64,000 nt of DNA, taken from the NCBI RefSeq assembly GCF_018977255.1, contig NW_024704751.1:868001-932000 (forward strand), written 5' to 3'. Made by a program: the position numbers and the translations under genes. The DNA comes from Callorhinchus milii. Taxonomy: Eukaryota. Positions 34,801 to 53,075 of this stretch are shown in pieces. How positions within the stretch are numbered: position 1 is the first letter of the stretch; every line of letters starts with the position of its first letter. Below the pieces are notes generated by a model. That model worked only from the letters and a program-made list of their open reading frames with translations. It did not search any database and was not told where the DNA came from.

Positions 34801-37800
34801 TCTGACCTGCTGACTCCCTACCAACCTGCCCGCTCCCTCTGTTCATCGGGCTCCGGCTGCTCCAAGTCTCCTGCCCGACCCGCCCTACCATCGATGGCCG
34901 GGCTTTCAGCCTCTCTGCCCCCACATTCTGGAACTCCCATCACATTTGTCTCGCTTCCTCCCTCGCCTCCTTCAAGGCCAAGGTCTCAAGACCTTTCTCT
35001 TCGATTGTGCCTTCGGTCACCCTCCCACCTTTCTGTCTTCCCTCATCCCTACACCTCCCCTCCCCCATGCTCAGGCCCCTACACCTGGCTGTTCAGCGCT
35101 TTGGGACGTCCTCCCGACGCGAAAGGCGCTCTATAAATGTAATTTTGTTGTTGGCAGATTCTGAGGCAGATTCTGCATTTTATACTTGCATTTGATATAG
35201 CCTTTTCACGTCGGGAGGACGTCCCAAAGCGCTTCACAGAACACACTGTAAAGTGAATTGACTGTATATTTGTGGGCGAACGCGGCAGCCAATTGCGCAC
35301 AGCAATGTCCCACAGACAGTCGTAGATTGAAAATGACCAATTTATTATTGTTTTTGGTTTTGGAGGGATTATTATTAGGCTCTGTGTGGAGTAAGGAAAC
35401 TTGCCCAAGGTTTCGCCCTCTGCCTGGAATTGAACTCAGGTCTCTCACTTGCAAAGCGAGTGCTCTAACCACTGAGCTACAGGACTCCACAAAATCATTG
35501 GCTTTTAAAACAACAAAAACAAGAAGAAGATTACATTTGTATAGCACCTTTCACGTCGGGAGGATGTCCCAAGGTCAAAATCAAAAAAAAGGTCAAAGTC
35601 AGGGGGGACTTGAAAAAGAGGACAGAGGGGGCAAGGCGGAGCACACTTGAGTCACATGGGGCAGCAGGGCAAAAGCTCAGCAGTTTCTAATCCCACTGCA
35701 GATTTTTCATCTCATTTCGTCGGTGTTGAGGAGCTGTCCTGGGGGCGGGCTGGGAACTGAGGGCAGGGTCTCTGGTCCCTCCTCAGTCCCCAGTGCACCT
35801 CAGAGGTGCAAATCCTTGACTGTCCGGCGCTTTGGGCTTTCGTCCAGCACCTCCCGACGTGAAACAAATAATTTGTTATAATAATCCTTGCATTTGATAC
35901 AAAGCTTTATCACATCTTCCAGACGTCTCAAAGCGCTTCACAGAACATACTGTAAAGTGAATTGACTGTATATTTTGTGGGCAGGAGAGGAGAGCGAGGT
36001 CTCCCACATGACCGTTGGAGCTAATAAGTGTTGGGATTCTCTGCGAGGTCGCCCCTTTCAAAGCTCCCACTACATACTGCACCCCACCTACCACCACAAA
36101 GCAGCTTCTCCCAGCCCGAGCCCTGTCCCAGTACACACACACACACAGGAACTCAAGCCTGCCTCACTGCCACTGCTCCCCTCCGCTCACCTCATTCTCA
36201 TCGCTCTTCTGTCCTTCTTGCTGCTGCTGCTCCTCCTCCAGCGTGGGGGGGATGCTGTTATTGGTATTGAAGGAGACAGTGATCCTGCACACAAGGGAAC
36301 AGTGGAAAAGGTGTGGATTCAGTGAAACAGCAACGGCTCAGCCTGAAATTGGACCCCAAATACTGAACTCTGGCATTATAATAATTATAATTGCTGCAAA
36401 TGATTCAGCTCAATATGACATCATCAAGACTTCGCAAAGACCTTTCACTGAATTTACCGTAAGGTGGAGTGACTGTATTTTGTAGCTGAATTTGCAACTG
36501 ATTTTCACACAGCTAATTGAGTGACTGATATTATGCCTGGGGGCTCATTGGTCAGGACACTGGGAGAGAGAAGTTCCCATTTCTTTTCAAACGCCACGAT
36601 CTTTAAATATTTTCCTGAATAGGCACAGGTGGGACCTTGGTTTAACGTCTCATCCGAAGGATGGCAACAATGCAGTGGTGGTTACTCCCAGCATTGTACA
36701 CGAGCATCAGCCTGGATTGTGTTCGGAGTCCTGGTGGGGGGACTTGAATAACCACAATTACATTTAGAGCGCCTTTCACGTCAGGAGGACGTCCCAAGGC
36801 ACAGGACAATTAGGGATCCACACCCGAGGTGAGGGTTGGGATCAGGAGGGGTGGAGGGCAGGTGTAGTAGGGTTTCCGAAGGTACGAAGGGGAGGATATT
36901 GAGATGGGTCTTGAAGGAGGCAAGGGAGCGGCGAGGCGGAGGGACTATGAGATGGAGTTTCAGAGGGTGGGGGCAGAGAGGCTGAAGGTCCGCTCACCAA
37001 TGGTTGAGCGGGCAAGTTGGGGGACCTGAAGCAGGCCGGCCCGCTGAGTGGAGGGAGCGGACAGGTTGGTAAGGGGTAAGGTCACGGACGTAGAGGGAGC
37101 AAGGCTGTGGAGGGCCTTGAGGGTGAGGACCAGGACCTTCAACTGTATCCTATGAGTGATGGGAAACCAGTGGAGCTGTGGAGAAGTTGATCCCATGTCT
37201 ACGGATGACCTCACCAAGATGGAGCATGTACACGTTGATAAGGACAGAGCCGAGGGACGCCACACTTGACGGTGCGGGGACTGGAGGAGAAGCCGTTAGT
37301 GGAGAACTCACAACCTTCTGACTCAGCGCTCCCTCACTTTGCAACTCGGATTCCTTATTGAGGAACCCGATGACGATTGAGGGATTAAGGCTGAAGGCAG
37401 CACATCTCCGACGTCGGGGTAAAGGGGAGATAATTCCTGCCTGCCGAGATGAGCCACAGGAGCGACTCGGAAGGAGCATCTCACTCACTTCTCTCCTTCC
37501 ATTTTGCGCACCAGTTTGGCCTCCGTCCCGTTTAGCTCCATGTCCCAGCCGCCCGACAGCTTCGGCAGCACGGCGGTTTTCTGGATTTTCTTTTCCTCCT
37601 TGATTTCATCCGTTAGGTATTCCGCAAAGGCTTTGTCGCCTGGGCCGGGGCGGGGGAGAAAGAGAGGGAATGAAGAAGGGACACAAGAGTGTTGTACTGA
37701 CCCTGAGGTAAAACAGTTGAAGGAGGGGGGAGGGGGGAAGGGGAGGGGGTGATATCACCGCTCTATCCTCATCTTTCACGTCGGAAGTGCTAATAGTAAG

Positions 37801-38510
37801 GATTTGAGCAACAGGGGGTTATTATAATCCTCGCATTTGACACAGCGCCTCATCACGTCGTCGAGACGTCTCAAAGTGCTTCACAGGATATACTGTAATG
37901 TGTAGTGACTGTGGATTTTGGGGGGCGAAACGTGGCCGGCATCTGCGCCCCCGGTGACGTCCCCACGAGCAGCCCGGGATCGAGGTGTCCAAATTATTAT
38001 CGGGGTTTTTTTTTGTCGGGATGATTGCCCCCCGGGGTTAAGAGGACAAACTGCTGTGGGAGACCATTGGGTGAGGGCAGCGGTCTCTCACAGGTGAGGG
38101 GTGGAGCGGGGAGGGGGAGGTCACGGCGCGGGCGGGGCAGGCTTGGCTGGCAAGGTCACCGGCCGCGCTGTGGGGGGGTGGGGGGAGTCACTCTGGCCGG
38201 GAGGGCCTCGCTGAGGGGTGGGGGTCTGCCCCGGGAGCCGGCCGCGGGGCCGGGGCGGGGCGGGGGGGGTCTCACCTTCAGTGTGCAGCCCCCCGCAGCC
38301 GCAGGACACGCTGTTGAGAGGCCTGGCGCTGCTGAGCAGCCGCGGCCTGTGAGTGTGAGCCTGGCCCGGGCCGCACAGGCTCCACAGGCAGCGCAGGCCG
38401 GGGCTGAGGCCGGACGCCAGCGGCCTGGGCAGCAGGAGGAGCGGCGCTGACCGGAGGCCCAGCCCGAGGCGGGCGGCCCCGCACACCGAGCGGCACAGAG
38501 CGGGCAGCAT
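31810..38510 (-). CDS. C1QBP: Complement C1q-binding protein, mitochondrial (p32/gC1qR, MAM33 family), 6 exons, 281 aa
   Basis: Exons 38276-38510, 37489-37639, 36191-36284, 33091-33186, 32327-32449, 31810-31956 (TGA); 846 nt. Arg/Leu/Ser-rich presequence, then CGCGGLHTEGDKAFAEYLTDEIKEEKKIQK, STPNFVVEV, SDIFTIREVSFQ, YTLNTDSLDWALYDHLMDFLADRGIDNTFADELMELSTALEHQEYI. Confidence 0.97.
33460..33560. repeat. 32-bp tandem repeat (TGTGCCACCAAACCCATCACTGCCCTGTGACA), 3 copies
   Basis: Direct tandem repeat in C1QBP intron 3. Confidence 0.9.
33630..34425. repeat. C-rich ~24-26-bp minisatellite (CTGCTCTCGGTCCAGCCCCACCCCC), ~30 copies, in C1QBP intron 3
   Basis: Direct tandem repeat; source of the Pro-rich ORFs at 33495-34479. 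Confidence 0.95.
34535..35153 (+). mobile_element. L2-clade LINE 3' fragment
   Basis: Same L2 ORF2 C-terminal similarity and (GTT)n tail as 28966-29593, more diverged. Confidence 0.82.
35180..35490 (-). mobile_element. Same tRNA-derived SINE family (C1QBP intron 3)
   Basis: Head gtggagtcctgtagctcagtggttagagc on minus, plus core and tail. Confidence 0.83.
36750..37270 (-). mobile_element. L2-clade LINE fragment, internally deleted
   Basis: Minus-strand LHWFPITHRIQLKVLVLTLKALHSLAP and YMLHLGEVIRRHGINF; L2 tail at ~36760-36800. Confidence 0.75.
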
Positions 38511-38523
38511 GTCTGGGCTCGCA

Positions 38524-38587
38524 CCGGAACCGGAAACAGCTCTCCGGGGGTGACCCGGAAGTAACTCTCCACTGGAGGAACCACGTG
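38524..38587 (-). promoter_or_regulatory. C1QBP proximal promoter: tandem ETS/GABP-type CCGGAA sites and a CACGTG E-box
   Basis: CCGGAACCGGAAAC 38524-38537, CCGGAAGT 38555-38562 and CACGTG 38582-38587, directly upstream of the ATG in a CpG island. Confidence 0.55.
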
Positions 38588-39095
38588 TCTGACTGTGTCT
38601 GAGACTGTGTGACTGTGTGAGTGACAGTGTGTGTAACTGTTTGTGTGAGTGATGTGTGTCTTTGTGTGAGTGACAGTGTGTGTAACTGTTTGTGTGAGTG
38701 ACACTGTGTGTGTGTGTGACTGTTTGTGTGAGTGAGACTGTGTGTGTGACTGTTTGTGTGAGTGACACTGTGTGTGTATGTGTGTGACTTTGTGTGAGTG
38801 ACACTGTGTGAGTGACAGTGTGTGTGACTGACAGTGTGTGTGTATGTGTGTGACTGTTTGTGTGTGACTTTGTGTGAGTGACACTGTGTGTATGTGTGTG
38901 ACTGTGTGAGTGAGACTGACTTTGTGTGTATGTGTGTGTTTGTGTGAGTGACTGTGTGTGTGTGTGTGACTGTTTGTGTGAGTGACACTGTGTGTCACTG
39001 TATGTGTGAGTGTCACTGTATGTGTGAGTGTGACTTTGTGTGAGTGAGCCTGTGTGTGTGACTGCATGTGAGAGACTGTGAGTGCCTGTGTGAGA
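38588..39095. repeat. Degenerate (GT)n/(GTGA) simple repeat immediately upstream of the C1QBP promoter
   Basis: About 500 bp of TG-dominated low-complexity sequence. Confidence 0.9.
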
Positions 39096-39820
39096 GATTC
39101 TTTCTGCCTGGGTCTGTGAGGCCGTGTGACCAAAGGAAGGATTAATCAGGAATCATTATAATAATAATAATCCTTGCATTTGATATAGCGCTTTTCACGT
39201 CGGGAGGACGTCCCAAAGCGCTTCACAGAATATACTGTAAAGTGAATTATGATACCTTCATTGATAACAAAGATTCCCAATAAATCCTTCCTGTGGTCAC
39301 ACCGTCTCTCCTCACTGCAGAGGTTAGCACGCTGAGGGAAAGACTGCTCACCTCCAAAGCAGTCACTACACTTTACAGTAAGCTGTGATGCACTTTTGAG
39401 ACAACCTGTTGCAAGGCAATACATCATATGGATTATTAAAGTTCAGTGTTAATAATAATAATTGTTTCATTTGATATAGCGCCTTATCACATCTTCCAGA
39501 CGTCTCAAAGCGCTTCACAGGATACAATGTAAAGTAAATCGACTGTATTTTGTGGGTGAAACGCGGCAGCCAATTGCGCACAGCAGTGTCCCACAAACAG
39601 TCATGGATTGAGTGACCAAATTTTTTTTTATTTTTTGAAGGGGTACTTACACTTAGGGTTAGGAAAGCAATCCGCCAATCGACTTAACCAGGTTCCTACT
39701 TACTGCTAGGTAAACTGGCATGTGGAGTGAAGAAACTTGCCCACCATTTTACCGCGCTTGGAGGTGTCTAACCACTATGCTTCAAGTTAAGATTCAGGGT
39801 TTAAGATTACTAGAAAATAG

Positions 39821-39826
39821 TTTATT
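39821..39826 (-). terminator. Probable DHX33 polyadenylation signal
   Basis: TTTATT about 1.3 kb downstream of the stop, at the end of an AT-rich UTR-like stretch. Confidence 0.45.
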
Positions 39827-41110
39827 TTCTCAACTCTCAATTGATGGCTGTAGTAACGTTGAGCTCTTGTGAAGATATTTTTCAGTTACGTTCTTATTAA
39901 TCCCAATTAAGATGTAAATAATGTAGATAGGAATCACTACTGATAAATCAATGCTGTTTCCACTACGTTAATTTAACAAATAGTGAAGTTTATGAGAGTC
40001 CATCATTGTCTAATAATGTTGCACTTGACAGAGCGCCATTAACATCAAAACATCTCAAAGTGTTTGACTGGAAAATGCTGTCAAGTGTAATTACTAGCAA
40101 CAAACATCGCAACCAATCTACGCACAACCAGTCATGCAAAAAATGACCGAGAGAAAACTCCCTCGCAAAACAAATAGGTAAAGAGCTGATTTCAGGATGA
40201 TCACTTTTAATAACAATTCAATCTAAAGTTGTTTTTTTTAGTCTTAACATCAGAATTAGACTCAGAAAGTGTGGCTTTCCCTGAAAAGCCCCGTCCAAAA
40301 GTTTAAAGCACAAGATTATCTATCAGCAAAGAGTCATACAAATGCATTTTAAAAAAACACATGGAAACGGTGAACACTGTATAAAAATACTCTGCTGAGG
40401 TACACAAAGTACATTCACAAATCTGGTATCCAAATACTGAGGGAAACCTGGACAGTGTGAAGTTGACACTGAGGCACTGACAGAATGAAAATCTCTAGAG
40501 GTATGAAAAAGAACCCGCTTTTCAAATCTAAATTGAATTTAAGAATTCTGTGATATCTTAAATTTTTTAGACAAAATGGTTGAAAATAAGTGAAATTTCA
40601 GGCCTCTGGCGATACGACTGAGGTTTCCTGACTGAGGGAGATGGCAGTGACGTGGACAGGCCGTCACTTATGCTGGTATATCTCCTCTCGTGCTGGTGCC
40701 TCAGGAACATATCTCCACGTCACCCACCAGCCCTCAGCCTCAAGGGAAGAAAATCAAACGCTTGAGGATGGCTACATTCAATGGCCGCTGGTGACGACCA
40801 CTAGGTCCAGTCCCGGAGATTGCTTGTGGATGGCGTTTGCCTTCCTCGACACCCAGTCACCGCAGACAGAAGCCGGTAACAATAACGGGTCCTTGTAGCT
40901 GCCGGCAATTTCTTTCTCCTACCGACAATCATTTCACAGCAACAGCAACTTGTAGAGACACCAACAGGATTGGAACAATCCTTGCTTAACTATAAGTCTC
41001 AAAGCACTTCACAAGTAGATTTATAACCCTGCAGTATTGTAAGGCAAGACAAGCCCATTTAGCGGCAGGTTTGAGGCTGGGGATTTCAGCCCCGACCCCC
41101 GCCGGATGCG

Positions 41111-49247
<8,137 letters not shown>

Positions 49248-49288
49248 GGCGACGGCTCCCAACCCGCGGCCCGGAACCGGAAACTCGG

Positions 49289-49810
49289 CCGGTCACCGTG
49301 ATGACCCCGCGCCCCGCCCCGGCCGGTCAGGTCACCGTGATTACCCCCCCCCCCGCCCCGGCCGGTCAGGTCACCGTGGTTACCCCGCGCCCCGGCCCGG
49401 CCGGTCAGGTCACCGTGATGACCCCGCGCCCCGCCCCGGCCGGTCAGGTCACCGTGGTTACCCCGCGCCCCGCCCCGGCTGGTCAGGTCACCGTGGTTTT
49501 ACCCCCCGCCCCGGCCGGTCAGGTCACCGTGGTTACCCCCCCCGCCCCGGCCGGTCAGGTCACCATGGTTACCCGCGCCCCGCCCCGGCCAGTCAGGTCA
49601 CCGTGATTACCCCCCAGCCCCACCCCGGACGGTCAGGTCACCGTGGTTACCCCCCCCCGCCCCGGCTGGTCAGGTCACCGTGGTTACCCCCCGCCCCGGC
49701 CGGTCAGGTCACCATGGTTACCCCGCGCCCCACCCCGGACGGTCAGGTCACCGTGGTTACCCCGCGCCCCGCCCCGGCCGGTCAGGTCACCGTGGTTACC
49801 CCGCGCCCCA
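49289..49810. repeat. ~36-39-bp minisatellite (GGCCGGTCAGGTCACCGTGGTTACCCCGCGCCCCGCCCC), 14 copies, over the DHX33 promoter/5' region
   Basis: 14 GGTCACC-anchored units counted; begins ~42 nt upstream of the ATG. Confidence 0.95.
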
Positions 49811-49992
49811 TGTGGGGCTTTTACATGTGGAACATAAAAAATAATCGTCTTCAACACAAGAACAGAATTGATCAGAAATGACAATGGCCCAGTGCCCGCG
49901 CGCCGCCCCGAACGGGTACAGGTGGACACGGTATGAAATCCGGTGAATTGCAAATGAAATTGAACGTCGTTTTCTAACAACGTTGTTGTGTA

Positions 49993-50337
49993 TAATAACA
50001 ATAATCCTCGCATTCGATAGCACGTCTCCGAGAGCGTCTCAAAGCGCTTCCTTCACAGGACGTTGTAAAGTGTAGTGACTGTGTATTTTGTGGGCGAAAC
50101 GCGGCAGCCAATTGCGCACAGCGGCAATTTATTGTTATTATTTTTTTGAAGGCATTATTACCCGCGGAAAAGCGATCCGCCAATCGACTAACAACCAGGT
50201 TCCTACTTACTGCTGGTAAACAGAGGCGTGTGTGTGGAGTAAGGAAACTTGCCCAACATTTCGCCCTGACCGGGAATCGAACCCAAGTCTCTCGCTTGCG
50301 AGGCGAGTGCTCTAACCACTAAGCTACAGGATTCCAG
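49993..50337 (-). mobile_element. tRNA-derived SINE, near full length (tRNA-Ala-like head, conserved core, L2-type tail ending (TTA)n); representative of an abundant family
   Basis: Minus strand reads GGAATCCTGTAGCTTAGTGGTTAGAGCACTCGCCTCGCAAGCGAGAGACTTGGGTTCGATTCCCGG (A and B boxes)...CTGTGCGCAATTGGCTGCCGCGTTTC...GCTATCGAATGCGAGGATTATT. Confidence 0.88.
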
Positions 50338-51679
50338 GAATCATGAAAGTTTAAGGCAAACAGTGGTTGTTACCAACATCAGGCTGTGAACGGGAGAGAG
50401 AGAGCCAAGCTGTGATGCCTCTCCCAGCCACGTCATGCCAGCAGGGCGGGGAGAGGTGCGATGGAGATGTTTAGGGCAGGCACCAGAAAGTGTTTATCTT
50501 TAAATCCCACCAAAACACTACGTTTTAGACCGTGCCAATGATCATCTCCTCCTTCTCCTTTGCTGGTCTTCCAAGCCCGCCACCGTGCAGTGCTCCGAGA
50601 CACATTCCTGTGGGACGGGCGTTTCATAATTGCAAGTTGGACGTCCCCCTGACATGAAAGGCGCTATACAAATGTAATTTGTTGTTGTTGTATTACTTTA
50701 CACTTTGGGTGCTTGGGGCCAGCATGGTAGACTCATTTAGGAAGCAATTGGATATGGAACTGTAATGGCAGGAAGGTGACAGGGCTATTCTGGAAGGATG
50801 TAATCAATGTTTGTCTTCATCCCAAACTTCTCTTGTGATCTCAGGAACTGAGCAATGAACAGGACAGATTTAGTGGATCCGTATCTTTTGTCCGTGCGAT
50901 CACTATCACAGCACACGTTTCCTTTCTCAACATTGTAGTCCTCATAGCGCCAGGGAGTCATCACACAAAATGAGATTGACAATTAAACCAGTTCTGCCAC
51001 AAGTCATTAAAACATCCTATTTTGGGAGAGCTGAGTGACCAGGGAAGGATTGGAGGCTGAGTGCAGAGAGGAGGAAAGTAGTTCTGGTGAAAACACCTAA
51101 TCCAATTATGCAAATTCCATATTTGCAAATAACAAGAACATTCCAACCATTTGTGTTGACCTTTCGTTTATAACACGTTCCATCGTGTTCTGTCTTGCAC
51201 TTCCTTCACAGCTTCTCAGTGCAGCTAGTCAGTCTCCCTCTCTCTGACTAAGCTTGTTAAGCCTTTGGACTAATATTATTATCATAATAATAATCCTTGT
51301 GTTTGATATAGCGCCAATAATGTCGAAATATTTTGTGGCATCTCAACTGCTGGCTGGGGTGTTTGTAGGCAAACACACAGCAGCCAGTTTGTGCACAGAA
51401 TGTATCCCCGTGCAGAAGAAACTCCTTTCTTCTCTTCCCCCTTAAAAAAAATTTGGTCACTCAATCCACAACTGTTTGTGGGACCCTGCTGTGCACAATT
51501 GGCTGCCATGTTTCACCAATAAAATACGCAGTCACTCCACTTTATAATATATCCTGTGAAGCACTTTAAGGCGTCTCAACGATGTGATACGGCGCAGGTA
51601 TCAAATGCAAGGTTTATTATTATTAAGGTGTCCTGGGATCTTTAGGATCCACTTAAACAGAAGGACATAGCCTTGTTTT

Positions 51680-52040
51680 AATAATAAATAATAATCCTTA
51701 CATTTGATATAGCGCCTTATCACGTCTTTGAGACTTCTCAAAGCGCTTCACACGATATACTGTAAAGTAAACTGACTGTACATTTTGTGGGCAAAACATG
51801 GGAGCCAATTGCGCACAGCAGTGTCCCACGAAGAGTCATGAATTGAATGACCAAATAATTATTTTTTATTTTTGAAGGATTATTACACCTGGAAAAGTGA
51901 TCTGCCCATCGACTAAAAATTGGGGTTGCAACTTACTGCTGGTAAAGAGGCGTGTGTGCGGAGTAAGGGAACTTGCCCAAGATTTCGCCCTGCCCAGGAA
52001 TCAAACCCAGGTCTATCGCTTGCGAGACGAGTCCTCTAAC
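51680..52040 (-). mobile_element. Same tRNA-derived SINE family, full length
   Basis: Head at ~51995-52040, Deu-like core and (TTA)n tail. Confidence 0.85.
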
Positions 52041-52619
52041 CACTCAGCTATAGGACTCCAAGAGCTAGAGGCTTGAAGGGGGATACTCACGTGGGAATAG
52101 GGCAGGGCAGTGGGGTTGAAAGGCCACCCACCTTGCTCTGAGAGCCAAAGCAGACTCAATGGGCTGAATGGCCTCCTGTGGTGTAATTCTAAGACAACGA
52201 ATCTGTCCCTAGACCGAATTCCAGTCCCAGCGAGGGGCTGAGATTATCTAAGTTACTGCAAACCATATAGCAAACCTGATTTGTCCGTTGCGTTTCAAAT
52301 CTAAAGAACAACAAAACAGCTTATAACAACTGTTCCCTCATCCGAAGTTCCTCAAAATAAACTCCCATAAAAATCAGTCACTCATCTGATTCAGTTTGTG
52401 AGGTGTTAGCGTCTGGCTGCTGTGTTTGCCTCCCTATCAGCCACTGCTTTTCAAAGTCCCTGGTTGCTTTGAGACATTTTGACGTAAGGCACTGCAGTGA
52501 CAAAGCAAACACCTGAATTATGATGTTATAATAACATCGCTCCTTTTTTGCATTCCAGGCAGGACTCCATAGCACAGCAAGGTTACTGCAAGTTACTGCA
52601 GCACTCAGCAGCCGGCAAC

Positions 52620-52810
52620 GCGCACAAACACCTACACACACAAACAAGCAAGCATAAACACATACACACACACACACACACACACGTACACACATACATA
52701 CACATACACAGGTACACACAAACATGTACACACAAACACACACACTGAAACACGCGCGCACACACACTGAAACAGACAAACACATGCACGCACACACACC
52801 AACACACATA
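52620..52810. repeat. (CA)n-like simple repeat
   Basis: Low-complexity CA tract. Confidence 0.9.
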
Positions 52811-52924
52811 TAATAATAAATAATATTTGATATAGTTGTGTTACGGGGGTTTGGTGGTGGGGGAGGGGGAAGGGATAAAAGAGAAAGAGTGGAAGAAGAG
52901 GGACAGAAGGGTCGGTTATTAACA

Positions 52925-53075
52925 GAACTCTGATGAAGTTCTGACAAAGGGTCATGAACCCAAAACGTTGACTCACTTTCCTCTCTCCATAGATGCTGCC
53001 TGACCTGCTGAGTGTTCCCAGCGATCTCTATTTTTGTTTCAGATTTCCAGCATATGCAGTATTTTGTGTTTTATA
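52925..53075 (+). mobile_element. Penelope-like element terminal-repeat remnant with a decayed minimal hammerhead motif
   Basis: ttCTGACAAagggtcatgaacccAAAACgttgact...agatgctgcctgacctgctgagtgttcccagc...tttttgtttcagatttccagcat, a pattern I recognise from chondrichthyan Penelope-type repeats. Confidence 0.6.

Noticed and set aside
49289-49810. Regularly spaced ~37-bp units resembling a CRISPR array
   Set aside because: No unique spacers, no cas genes, and a vertebrate genomic context; it is a minisatellite.
50270-50337. tRNA-Ala-like sequences with A/B boxes (also ~35425-35490, 41775-41840, 45550-45618, 51995-52040, 56205-56272)
   Set aside because: No proper acceptor stem and each continues into the SINE body; these are SINE heads, not tRNA genes.
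50785-50982. 65-aa minus-strand ORF (MSISFCVMTPWRYEDY...)
   Set aside because: Starts at a non-ATG codon, has no convincing acceptor and no recognisable homology.
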